Shown: piece after piece, positions 22,855 to 34,050 of the stretch
How the letters are laid out: each line of letters begins with the position of its first letter
Position numbering within the stretch: position 1 is the stretch's first letter
Origin: Octopus bimaculoides
Lineage: Eukaryota
DNA: 34,050 bases
Direction: 5' to 3'
Assembly (NCBI RefSeq): GCF_001194135.2
Contig: NC_068985.1
Coordinates: forward strand, 108,511,981-108,546,030
The notes under the pieces: model-generated
The model's input: only the letters and a program-made list of their open reading frames with translations
What the model was told of the DNA's origin: nothing
Databases searched by the model: none
Program-made: the position numbers and the translations under genes

Positions 22855-23329
22855 GGATTTGGTATTTAGTATATTTCTGTGAGAATAACTCCAAGTATAT
22901 TTTCTTGCAGAATTCAAGCAGATCACTAACAAAGTGCAAAGAATCATTTATTTAAGTCAAGATAATTCTTCATGTTATGGTTAACTGATTTGAATGATGT
23001 AAGAATATATATGACTATATATGTGTGTATATATGAGGATAAACATGTACTCGTGGGTGTGCGTGTCATGGTAAAAAATAGGTGTATGTTTCTTAAAAAT
23101 TTGTGTGTGTACGTACTTATGTATTGTATATGTGTATGTGAGTGTGTGAATCTGTTCATCAAGAAAACACAAATAGAGAATAGCTGAAATGTTTAACAAA
23201 TATTCACTATTCCGCTAATCTATTGTGTCAGGAGAATGCGAATCATTTGTTCTGTTCTATTTTGGTGGACTCAAGTTTATTTAGGTTTCTATGCACACGA
23301 ATTTCTAGGTTTTCGTATCTTTATAAATT

Positions 23330-23449
23330 CAACCACTATTAAGAATATTGCAAGACACAAACTTTTGAAAGAATAAATAAGTAAGTGAGTGGAAATAGAA
23401 CCAGTGAGCTAAGTAATAAGGCGCTAAAGGAGAATGACTCTCCCCAGAC

Positions 23450-23450
<1 letters not shown>
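23330..23450 (+). mobile_element. Putative non-LTR retroelement 3' end followed by (TAA)n (23451-23511)
   Basis: Unique sequence ending AAAGGAGAATGACTCTCCCCAGACA directly abutting a perfect TAA array; assignment from recalled octopus repeats. Confidence 0.4.
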
Positions 23451-23511
<61 letters not shown>

Positions 23512-23512
23512 T

Positions 23513-23691
23513 AAAGCAAACACATAATTTTCTTATGGTTTCTTAAACATTCACTTGAACAAAACTGTACAAATCCAAATATATGGTACCCTAGGCATAA
23601 CACCTACATGAACTTCTAACTTGTTGTCTCTTGAGGTCTCTGGGTGAGACTTGGATCCAACTTGTACAAATGCAAAACAAAAGTCAAACAT
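23513..23691 (+). mobile_element. Putative R4/Dong-family 3' UTR followed by (TAA/GAT)n
   Basis: Ends TTGTACAAATGCAAAACAAAAGTCAAACAT then TAA array; same layout as 24114-24386; no coding part visible. Confidence 0.4.
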
Positions 23692-24113
23692 ATAATAATA
23701 ATAATAATAATGATGATGATAATAATAATGATANNNNNNNNNNNNNNNNNNNNNNNNNNNNNNNNNNNNNNNNNNNNNNNNNNNNNNNNNNNNNNNNNNN
23801 NNNNNNNNNNNNNNNNNNNNNNNNNNNNNNNNNNNNNNNNNNNNNNNNNNNNNNNNNNNNNNNNNNNNNNNNNNNNNNNNNNNNNNNNNNNNNNNNNNNN
23901 NNNNNNNNNNNNNNNNNNNNNNNNNNNNNNNNNNNNNNNNNNNNNNNNNNNNNNNNNNNNNNNNNNNNNNNNNNNNNNNNNNNNNNNNNNNNNNNNNNNN
24001 NNNNNNNNNNNNNNNNNNNNNNNNNNNNNNNNNNNNNNNNNNNNNNNNNNNNNNNNNNNNNNNNNNNNNNNNNNNNNNNNNNNNNNNNNNNNNNNNNNNN
24101 NNNNNNNNNNNNN

Positions 24114-24386
24114 GAATCTAAAAAGAGAAACAATTCCTATCATAGTAGGTGCCTTAAGTATAATAAAAAAAATATTCAGACAAATACATAACAAAAACAC
24201 CAGGACTTACAAATATATATAACATACAGAAAATTGCACTACTGGATACTGCACACATTCTACGCAAAACACTTTCAATACAGTAAACATAAGAGCACCA
24301 CAGCAAACCACAGCACATACCCAAGGCGCACAGAGCTGAGCTCGGTAGTGAAGTGAAAGCACGTTATAAAAATAAAACTACTGAAC
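24114..24386 (+). mobile_element. 3' end of an R4/Dong-clade (restriction-like endonuclease) non-LTR retrotransposon: ORF C-terminus to stop at 24284-24286, 100-nt 3' UTR, (AAT)n tail
   Basis: With one frameshift in an A-run: NLKRETIPIIVGALSIIKK-YSDKYITKTPGLTNIYNIQKIALLDTAHILRKTLSIQ*, matching the recalled R4-clade terminal pattern IP(I/V)(I/V)(V/I)GALG..QK..LLGTA.ILRK.L. Confidence 0.8.
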
Positions 24387-24429
24387 AATAATAATAATGA
24401 TAACAACAACAACAACAACAACAACAATA

Positions 24430-24655
24430 CATATGAACGCACAACAGATGAGATCTTCACAGAATTCCCACCCAAGTGTTTCGGTCCTTATTCCTGACAC
24501 TCTAGGGGAGCTGGGCCCACCCTCGTCAGAACCCCTAGGTGTCCTCCTGCTGCTTTCCAAAATCCTAGCTTCAGCGGGATTTGAACCTGGGTCATTCTTT
24601 TTGTGATCTTGTGTTCCCAGGTCTGTGTTTCAGATAACCAGGCCGCGCTGACTTC
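24430..24655 (-). mobile_element. SINE with type II tRNA (Leu/Ser)-like head and hammerhead-like body, (TTG/TTA)n tail
   Basis: 83-nt head 24570-24652: acceptor GTCAGCG/CGCTGAA, A-box-like GCGGCCTGGTT, long variable arm GATCA..TGACC, B-box GGTTCAAATCCC; body contains CTGACGA and GAAAC in hammerhead register. Confidence 0.7.
24461..24535 (-). ncRNA. Hammerhead-ribozyme-like domain, cleavage site mutated in this copy (GUH->GGG)
   Basis: - strand RNA: GGGGUU CUGACGA G GGU-[33 nt]-ACC GAA ACAC-UUGG-GUGG G AAUUCU. Intact core boxes; stem I 6 bp (3 G.U); stem III 3/4. Confidence 0.5.
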
Positions 24656-24739
24656 CACTTCAAGAAACAAATAAAAAGTGATAATGGGAAATTAATATGG
24701 TTTTGTGTGCTCTTAATTTGTTTCCATTTTGTAATTTAT

Positions 24740-24793
<54 letters not shown>

Positions 24794-25382
24794 ACGTGTA
24801 TGTGTATACGCATAGTTAATTACGTATATAATATATACAGTGGAACTTCCATTCACAAGTTTAATTCGNNNNNNNNNNNNNNNNNNNNNNNNNNNNNNNN
24901 NNNNNNNNNNNNNNNNNNNNNNNNNNNNNNNNNNNNNNNNNNNNNNNNNNNNNNNNNNNNNNNNNNNNNNNNNNNNNNNNNNNNNNNNNNNNNNNNNNNN
25001 NNNNNNNNNNNNNNNNNNNNNNNNNNNNNNNNNNNNNNNNNNNNNNNNNNNNNNNNNNNNNNNNNNNNNNNNNNNNNNNNNNNNNNNNNNNNNNNNNNNN
25101 NNNNNNNNNNNNNNNNNNNNNNNNNNNNNNNNNNNNNNNNNNNNNNNNNNNNNNNNNNNNNNNNNNNNNNNNNNNNNNNNNNNNNNNNNNNNNNNNNNNN
25201 NNNNNNNNNNNNNNNNNNNNNNNNNNNNNNNNNNNNNNNNNNNNNNNNNNNNNNNNNNNNNNNNNNNNNNNNNNNNNNNNNNNNNNNNNNNNNNNNNNNN
25301 NNNNNNNNNNNNNNNNNNNNNNNNNNNNNNNNNNNNNNNNNNNNNNNNNNNNNNNNNNNNNNNNNNNNNNNNNNNNNNNNNN

Positions 25383-25413
<31 letters not shown>

Positions 25414-26220
25414 TATGTATATATGTATGTATGTATACAGACACACATTGTATGTATTAGTGTGAAAGCGTTTATGTTTGAGATGCATGCGCGAAACATA
25501 ATAGAATATTTTGTAATTATGCAGGTGAAAAGATAAGTTGCAGACTATTAACTGTAACGTAAAGCACAGGTTAGTTAGTATTTTTGTCTTTAAACAAGAA
25601 GCAAATGAAAAATTCAAAAATTTCCTTTCAATGTAACCAGTCAACATGAAAGAATCAAAGACTAGACCAGGAAACAAAGTCTGTACTATTTATATTTGCA
25701 TTTTATTACCTTCTGTTTCTCATTAAACCAAAACAATTGATAGTTGACACAAGACGGATATCATTTTTATTGTTATTTCTCGCTATATTCTGTTGTTAAA
25801 ATATTGTAAAGTTGATGGTCTTAAAATGGCTACCAAGCTGGGAGATGCAATTTATTTTCAAGGATCCACCGACCATAAACAAAATCTTTCAATTCATGGA
25901 GGCTTCACAAAAGATTTAAGACAAACGTTTAACTGTTCATTATCGGTTTCTTTCTTTCTTTTTTCTTCTTTCTTGTCTCAGTGTTTTTTTTTCTTTCATT
26001 TTAATTCATTTTTATGTATAGGGTTTATTATATATCTTCCTTAGCGGCTTCGTATGTACATTTAAACTGATAAAATAAAGTAAAATAAAATACAATAAAT
26101 GGTACTTCAACAGAATATTTGCAAAAATTGAAATTTTATTGTTGTTGTTCCCGATGTTTTTCATATTTTATGTCTTCTAAATGTGGTTTTTTGATTAAAA
26201 AAAAAAAATGTTTGTTGTTT

Positions 26221-26330
26221 CTGGCAGAATCGTTAGCACGCCGGATAAAATACTTTGCAACATTTTGTCCATCTTAACATTCTGAGTTTAAAATCTGCTC
26301 GGTGAGCAAATGATTCTGCCACCTCACGCC
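26221..26330. mobile_element. Two convergent family A SINE heads (+ 26221-26294; - 26295-26330)
   Basis: CTGGCAGAATCGTTAGCACGCCGG..CTGAGTTTAAAAT directly followed by the reverse complement of GGCGTGAGGTGGCAGAATCATTTGCTCACCGAG. Confidence 0.75.
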
Positions 26331-26892
26331 TTCTTCCTACACACACACATATATATATATAATTTTAACTTTACCACTTATTCTTATGTTATTTTCTATA
26401 AACTGACGAGGCAAGTTCAGCTTAACCCTGGGCAACGGAGTAAGTGTCACTGAAGAGGATTAATTCAATGATCTGACTCTCTCGCTTGTTCTAGGGACGA
26501 TGTCTCCCTTGTCAATCAATAGATAGGTGCTAGTATACATCTCATTTGGATTTTATCACTTCTGAGGTTCCGCTGGCTAGGGAACATATGTAACCCGGAT
26601 TTAATATACGCCATTCTTTTTCGCACACTCAGAAACCCTGGTTGCCTACCGAGTAATATACAAAGAACTTCTTTTTCGGCTCGTCGTTCTTCGATAAAAG
26701 AAAAATAAATTCGTAACCTTCCGTCTCAATAAACCAATATTTTTCCTGAAAGTCGCATTTTTATATTCACTACGGATTGCTCGAAGCTAAATTTATTCCT
26801 ACACCTCGATCTCTGGATCTTACACACGCACACACATACACACACACATACACACACAGGCACACACACATACATACAGACAGACATACATA

Positions 26893-27037
26893 GGCGCAGA
26901 CGTGGCTGTGTGGTAAGAAGCTTGGTTCTCAATTACATAGCTCCAGGTTCAGTCCCACTGCTTGGCACCTTGGTCAGTTGTCGTCTACTATAGCAACAGG
27001 GCCGACCAAGCCTTGTGAGCGGATTTTCTAGATGAAG
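26893..27037 (+). mobile_element. SINE family B
   Basis: GCGCAGACGTGGCTGTGTGGTAAGAAGCTT..AGGTTCAGTCCCACTGCTTGGCACCTTGG..CTACTATAGC..GGGCCGACCAAGCCTTGTGAG. Confidence 0.85.
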
Positions 27038-27764
27038 TAGTCTGCTTGCACTACTACCTTCATTTCTCCCTTAACTATTTGCTCCTCCTTCTTTATCTTG
27101 GCTGGAGATCGGTAAGAATGAAGTTCTGAAATATTAAATGGGTTTCTTTGGTGCAGTATCATATAGCTCTACAACAATTGAAGAGGTAAGACAGAGTGTA
27201 GATTATTTGATACAGAGATGTTTATTACCCTTATCTTCTGATATGCGTTGAAGTGATGACGAATTTACTTCGGTTGTTGTTGGCTTTCTTTACTTCTACT
27301 GCTGCAGCTAAAAAGCTTGTTGGTTCAGTTGTTATTGACTTTGTTTGTTCGAAAATGTTTGGGAAACGGATCCATAAAACATTTATTGTTCAGAAATGAA
27401 TCGGATAACATTTCTTGTCATAAAAATCGTGAAATTTCGGCTGGTCAGTAGATACAAAGTATCAGAATTGTGTGTAGAATGCATTATTGTGGTATGAAAA
27501 TGTGAGGTTCGTTATTTCGGTTAGTAATTGTCTGAAGATGTGATTGACACAGAGATACTGGTAGCTGAGTAAAAGTTCATAGTTTTTGACTTACTGGTGT
27601 GTTCGTCAGGGATTCTGGTAGTTATGAATAATAGAAAGTGCAGGTAGTAAAGGATAGTAACGAATTCAGCATTTACATTAGTTATGAAGGAGTGCGAAAA
27701 TCTCCAATCTGATGAAGATAGAAAATAGAAGGAAGAAAGAGATGAGATGAGATCGATGTCTCAA

Positions 27765-27955
27765 TAAGGCAAAGTTGACCTCAGTGGGAATTGAACTCCT
27801 TATATATAATCGAAATATACGTATATATTCAGTTCAATATTAATGGGTGGATGATTGATTATTAAATGATGCTTCCCGTCGTGTACAATACTTACATTTA
27901 TCAATGCCAGATTGATGAAAGGGCTATTCGACCCCAGTGGGAATCGAACTCACAT
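27765..27955 (-). mobile_element. Two short family A-like B-box fragments (~27765-27800, ~27915-27955)
   Basis: AAGGCAAAGTTGACCTCAGTGGGAATTGAACTC and TGAAAGGGCTATTCGACCCCAGTGGGAATCGAACTC. Confidence 0.5.
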
Positions 27956-28399
27956 TATAAATGGACGTCACAAGCAAATTCAATGTATTTACTCCGGCAT
28001 TTAGTAGAATGATTGATATTAATAGTTTCATAGCATATTGATTTATTTCGTACCAGTTAAAGAGCTGATCTCTTATTGATCAAGTCACATATCGATCAAG
28101 TCACGTATCGATTTAAGTACCTCCATTCAGTCAGTCATCTTGTGTTATATTTATTACTTTATGTTCGTATAATGCGGGGGAGGGGGAAGAAACGGTAGAA
28201 ATGCAATGCAGAAAAAAAAAAAAGATTTTATCTGGGGACGATAAAATAAGTAACAGTAATATTCTAGCAGACGATTCAACCAATTATGTTCAACTCCAAA
28301 GTGTTGGCCTTCAAGCAATCACAGTTTGCAAACAATCATTATATATTTGTTAAGGCTGGTGTACGGGAAGAAAGTGTTGTTTTGTTATATATATATAAC

Positions 28400-28625
28400 G
28401 ACAAAGAAACCTGCATTTGGTTACTTGGCTTGTTAGATATAGGAACCAAATTGTCCTCAAATCACATCATGTTTTCTTGAATGGAAGGGCAATTGGAAAA
28501 TGTAGCTCTAGATACACAATAAGATGGAATGATCACCGTTGTAATATATTTGACTATAAGTCTGTTCGATTAGAGATTGCTTCAGTATAAACTACAACAG
28601 CATCAATAACAACAACGATAACAGC
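28400..28625 (+). mobile_element. Longer copy of (AAC)n-tailed retroposon family C
   Basis: 3' part GATGGAATGATCAC..AATATATTTGACTATAAGTCTGTTCGATTAG..TAAACTACAACAGCA aligns with the reverse complement of 4661-4752. Confidence 0.55.
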
Positions 28626-30231
28626 AACAGTTCTTCATTCTTTTTTTCTTCTTTTTTTACGTTAACTGTCTTACACAAATCTCTGATGGCAGCGGGGATC
28701 CGTGGAACAAACCGTAAATTCTTTGACGAGTCGCTACAGTGACCTGTTTGGTGTATATGCATCGTAATGTATAACCCCACTGGAGATGCAATTACAAAGA
28801 GGTATACAAAAGACCAATCGGTAATTCTATACGTTTTGGATGGGGGAGATTTGTTTTTGTCCGATCTGTTGCTTCACACTGCGGCCTCTGTAAGATTTCA
28901 TTTGTTGATAATCAAAACGTAGTCTCTTAATAATAATAAAAAAAGGTAGCTTGCCTGTATAGATGCCATAACATTACTCGTCATGCAGCAACGTGCTAGA
29001 CATTGTAGTGACAACTGAGCGGTACATATCAAATTCTCTTTTATATATTTTTAAATCGTTTTCTCAGGAGAGAAATTTTACGAAGTCGTTTTAATATGTT
29101 TGAAGATGTTTTTGTCAGGAGGAAATATATTGACCATGAACCTTCGAAATGTCTCCGCGACTGAACGGAACGAGGGAAGTATTGTCAAACCAAAGATCAC
29201 ACTCGAATATAGCAGCAGAGTGGATTCTGTTAAAGGCTACCAGAGTGCCAGGTGGTGCTATCAAATCAGGTGCCAGATCAAATTTAATCACTACCTATGT
29301 AGATCATGGCAGGTTTTAAACTCAACGTAAAATTGGAGAATATATTTAACCAATTCAGAAATTCGATGACAAGCATTGATTATAATTAATGTTCGTTGAG
29401 CTCCTTTAGCTTTTGCAGTTCCCTCATATTGAATCTATTCTTCAAGAAAATAAAAGTTCTTTTCTATAATCTTTCTATAAAGAGCCTTCTTACTTTCCTT
29501 TCTGTTATGTCTCAAGCTACTGCTATCTAGCACCTTCGGATGATATCTACTCAACCGCTACACGACGGCTACTCAACAGTCACTCAACCCCCTACCACGG
29601 CCAGACTACCTCTATTCATATGTCTTGGGCGATCCTACTTCTTCGCTTGGGGACGTCGACACAACACTTTCAAACGGTTTTCGAAAGACAAATTAGTATT
29701 CAAGATTGGTAAAAGCTATTTTTATTTTCATTGAAATTACGTTTATATAAAAAAAAAATAATAAAGAAGAATAACAAAAATATATCAAAAGCCAGAATAA
29801 CATAACTCAATGGATTCCAGAAAGTATTTGAGAAAGGATCCCCTTTAAATATGAAATGATCTTGTGAAATTTTAGACTGCACAAAGCACTAAAAATCAGT
29901 GCATACAAGGCTCCAGATCGGATAATGTTTTAACTCGATATATTTACGTATAAATTTTATTTACGCTAATAAAGAATTACTGATGTTATCTCCTCTTTTA
30001 ATAGGTTTTTCAAATTTACGACCTTACTTTAGGTCGAAGAGCGAACAACCCTCTATGGGAACTAGACTAAATGTTGTCTCGGAGGCCATTTTTTTGGCTC
30101 GTATATATATATGTTTACTAGTCATAATTCATTATGATTAATTAATCGCTGGCAATGAGTTAATAAATATCGATAAAAAGTTGATGCTGGCAGTATCATC
30201 TTCTACAAAACAATAATAAACTCTGAATATC

Positions 30232-30235
30232 TATT

Positions 30236-30267
<32 letters not shown>

Positions 30268-30274
30268 TCACTCA

Positions 30275-30353
<79 letters not shown>

Positions 30354-30355
30354 AC
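30232..30355. repeat. (TTTC)n + (CT)n microsatellite
   Basis: Direct inspection. Confidence 0.9.
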
Positions 30356-30902
30356 TGTCTCCTTTCTCTTTTCATTACAGTTCATTACATCTTTCTTATG
30401 ATTTCTATTCTCGTCCATTACTCTCATGATCTGTCGTGTATTTTCTCTGAAATAGATTTATCTTTTCAACATATGAAGTGAATGCAATACGGTTTTGATC
30501 GAGAAGGTCCAAGAAGAGAAGACGTGTGTGAGATACGGTGGAATGTGTGAGTTATCTCGTGATTGCGGACAGAACGCTATGTGTTTGGCATATGATTACC
30601 TTCTCAAAAATGGCATGGGCATAGAACAACTTATTTTCTAAAAATATCTCTTTCTAATTTAGGCACAAGATAAGCAAATTTGAGGGTCGAGGTAAGACGA
30701 TGTCATCAACTCCAGTAGTAAACTGACACCTCATTTTATGAGGCCTAGTATTATGAACGATATAGCGAGAAGTTTACTTCGCAAACATGTTGGTAGATGT
30801 CTTCTATCGTAACCGCGATTTCATGTGTGCCTGAATTAGGAGACGGATAATGGGCAGATAACCACATACACACACGCACACACACACATACACACACACA
30901 CA

Positions 30903-30950
<48 letters not shown>

Positions 30951-31220
30951 ATAATATTTATATATGTAAGACTTTTCTGAAAATGAAAATGTGAATTTGA
31001 TTTTGTTACCAACATTCTAAAGACGGGCATTGTAACTTGTGAGAAATCAGCTCCTTTTAAAGGAAAATTCTAAATGATGAAAACTAGGATATATGCTTAC
31101 ATACAAACACACACACACACATACAGACATGCACACACGCACGCACGCACGCACACACTCTCTCTCTCTCACACACATACACACTCCCCCCCCTCTCTCT
31201 CTCTCTCTCTCTCTCACACA

Positions 31221-32516
31221 TTAGGTTGTCCTGAAAGTTTTGAGTGTTTTTTTAACTAAATCTTTTAACGCTTCATTGAACATACCTGAAACGTAAAACA
31301 GTTAAAACTTTGGCATTACTTGAAGTGGTTGTGCATCTCTTCTTTCTTCCTAACTAAAAATAGATTTACTTTTCATTCCAGTTACCCTTTATTGATATTT
31401 GAAATTGATAACCAAAAATTTCATATTCAGATTGTAATGCTTTTCATTAAAAAAAAAATGTGAGGGGGGTGGGGAGAATACTGCAAAGATTTTCAAAAGA
31501 ATTTGTGAAGTTTATGGTGATGCTGTAGCAGGTGGATCAATTGTTCGAAGTAGGTTTGCAAAATTTAAAGCTGGAGAGCTTAGCTGCGAAGAATACAGTC
31601 TCAGTGGGAGATCTTCAAAATTGTATGAAGATATTTTGAAGGCAAAAATCGAAAAACACTTAAATATCACGGCTAAAGAACTTGCAGAGGAGTTGAAAAT
31701 TTCTAAAAGTACGGCTCATGAATACCTAATGAAGCCAAGATACATTTCTCGTTATAATGTATGGGTCCCTCACAAACTCTCTGAAAAGAATTGCTTGGAC
31801 CGATATTCCGTTTGTGATATGCTTTCGAAACGGAATGAAAGCATGCTTTTTTTTAAATAACTTGTGACTGGAAATGAAAAGTGGATTGTGTACCAAAACG
31901 TAGTGCAAAAATATCCTAGAGTTTGTGTAGGGTTCCCTCGAAACAGCAACCAAAGACGAATATCCATGCTAAAAAGGCTGTTTTGTGTTTGGTGGGATCA
32001 TAAATGTATTATTTATTATGAGCTTCTTCTACAAAACCAGACTATTCATTCTGAAGTGTACTGTCGTCAGCTGGCGAATTTGAACCACAATATCAAACAA
32101 TTGAGGCCGGAGATTGTCAACAGGAAAGTGGTAGTGTTCCAACAAGACAATGCCCGATCACATGTGCCTTTGGCTACCAGAACAGAGTTACATGAACTTG
32201 ACTGGAATCTCTTACCCCATCCACCATATTCTCGTCATACTACGTTATCCGACGACCATTTGTTTTTGTCTCTACAGAAGACATTGCAATGGAAATCATT
32301 TAACGATTAAGATGGAGTCAAAATGCATCTGGATGACGTTTTTTCTTCAAAGACAGTTAATTTTACGCTGATGGAATACTTAAATTGCCTGATAGATGGG
32401 CAAAGGTCATTAATGATAATGGAAATTATTCCATTGAATAGAATTTATTGAAAGGTTAATTATTTATATCCCTTTTTGTATATTAAAAAACGCTCAGAAC
32501 TTTCCTGACAATGTAA
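31221..32516 (+). mobile_element. Mariner transposon, near full length (~1.3 kb), decayed
   Basis: Imperfect TIRs TTAGGTTGTCCTGAAAGTTTTGAGTGTTTTT (from 31221) vs reverse complement TTACATTGTCAGGAAAGTTCTGAGCGTTTTT (to 32516); TA at 32517-32518. Confidence 0.9.
31398..32441 (+). pseudogene. Mariner transposase pseudogene
   Basis: ICEVYGD..FAKFKAG / VWVPHKLSEKN / VTGNEKWIVY (D->N) / LFCVWWDHKCIIYYELL / VFQQDNARSH / LPHPPYS..SDDHLF / LPDRWAKVINDNGNY; stops and frameshifts, start codon lost. Confidence 0.9.
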
Positions 32517-33372
32517 TATATATGAAATAAAGAGAAAAAAATATATATCATTACATACGTTGCAATATCGAATAATGAACTAATTACAAATAGTTTTGTT
32601 AGATTGAAAATAAGGATATTTCGATTTCTTCCATTTGACGAAAAGAGCTATAATTGAATGATTATTGATAATTGTAACGTACGTAATGTTATATCCGACA
32701 TATCACTTCCACATTTCTTGTTTATTTCAACTATACATGGCTCTCGTTATTTTTTTATAGTCCTAGTTTGTATTTATGATACGTTACCAACGGCATTATA
32801 TAAGAATAGTTGCTTAACATAGGTGAAAAATGGAGCATTAATTCTTATGGTTATTTATCATGCATTTTAGCGAGACAAAAGGTATGAATACACATGCACA
32901 CATATAGCTAGCTAGCTAGCTATATAGATAGATAGAAGAGGAAGAAAAGAGAGAGAAAGGGAGGGTGGAGAGATACATACAAGCATTATATGTATAAGAA
33001 TAGAAGCACATTGTGAACAGCAAGATATTATAAAAGAATATACGCATACATGCACGTATATATATGTATGCATTAACTAGTTTTAATTAATATCTAACTG
33101 AACTCACACATATCTTTCATTCTCATAAGGATAAATATGAATCTCTAAGATCCTATTCTGCTTTTACCTCTCTCGAAGTACAGTGATATGTAATTAATTG
33201 AAATCAATCTAATTAATTTGATTAATTCTATTGAATCATGAATTTGCATGCAAAATATGAAGAATCTATATTAGAAATCTATTTTTTTGGAAACCTCCAA
33301 ATTAAAAGACGAATCTAATTCAAACTTTTTACACACACGCACACACAGATACGTATATACATATATATATGC

Positions 33373-33409
<37 letters not shown>

Positions 33410-33415
33410 TACATA

Positions 33416-33454
<39 letters not shown>

Positions 33455-33455
<1 letters not shown>

Positions 33456-33615
33456 CGATGGCGTAGCTGTGGGTCTAGAAGTTGCTTCCCAATCACATGG
33501 GTCCGGGTTTAGTCTCACTGTGTGGCACCTTGGGCAAGTATCTTTTTCTATAGCCTCGGTTTGACCAAGATCTTGTGAGTGGATTTGGTTTACGCAACCT
33601 GAAAAGAAGCCCACC
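33455..33615 (+). mobile_element. SINE family B
   Basis: GGCGTAGCTGTGGG..GCTTCCCAATCACATGGGTCCGGGTTTAGTCTCACTGTGTGGCACCTTGGGCAAG..CTTGTGAGTGGATTTGG..AAAGAAGCCC. Confidence 0.85.
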
Positions 33616-33992
33616 ATATATATATATCGTTGCTATTATACAAAAGTGTCGTGGTCAAAAACGTGGCTTTTTCGTGAAACGAAAAATTGGTTTCACCATT
33701 CCATTTCTTTTTACATACCAACAATTTCAGATTAACAATTATACTTTGTTGGGTGCATAAAATCCTAACTCTATGGATGTATGATGTTTTCAGTCAGAAA
33801 TAGTTTTGCAATCTGCTGTATATTGCGCTTACTACACTTTCGGAAAATGTTAAACCGTTGTACTACACTTTTGACAAATTTCATTTGAAGCAACTGGAGA
33901 TACGATAGTTTTGACCAAAAGAATGGGAAGCAAAATTAGATATCGAAAAAAACCCCCATTTGGCCATATTTGGACATACTATAGTTTAACAT

Positions 33993-34001
33993 AATAGCAA
34001 C

Positions 34002-34050
<49 letters not shown>
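33993..34050. repeat. (TA)n microsatellite at window end
   Basis: Direct inspection. Confidence 0.95.

Noticed and set aside
24570-24652. Functional tRNA gene
   Set aside because: D-arm, anticodon arm and T-stem are broken; it is a SINE head. The same applies to 21438-21515.
27050-27720. Possible PLE 5' fragment with degenerate ribozyme CTGACGAACAC..GTCAAAAAC (27582-27609, - strand)
   Set aside because: Only vague peptide resemblance; GAAA box and stems are broken.

Overview
AT-rich, microsatellite-saturated eukaryotic genomic DNA with six assembly gaps (N runs at 2057-2313, 2924-3143, 7307-7316, 15926-16428, 23734-24113, 24869-25382). The SINE families and composition match what I recall of Octopus (coleoid cephalopod) genomes; this is an inference from memory, not a database hit. 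I see no supportable host protein-coding gene: nearly all listed ORFs are translated microsatellites. The window is intergenic or deep intronic and is filled with transposon remnants: three decayed mariner transposases (one near full length, one internally deleted, one 3' half), a Penelope-like (Naiad-type) RT/GIY-YIG remnant, the 3' end of an R4/Dong-like non-LTR element in a (TAA)n array, and more than 25 SINE or retroposon fragments of several families. The most interesting signals are three hammerhead-ribozyme-shaped motifs, all on the minus strand. Two sit in short (TA)n-tailed pLTR-like units (2465-2520, 7445-7481). The third sits in the body of a tRNA(Leu/Ser)-headed SINE (24461-24535). 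All three deviate from the canonical core, so activity is unproven. Also notable are retroposon 3' ends stacked in microsatellites and inverted SINE pairs that could form dsRNA.
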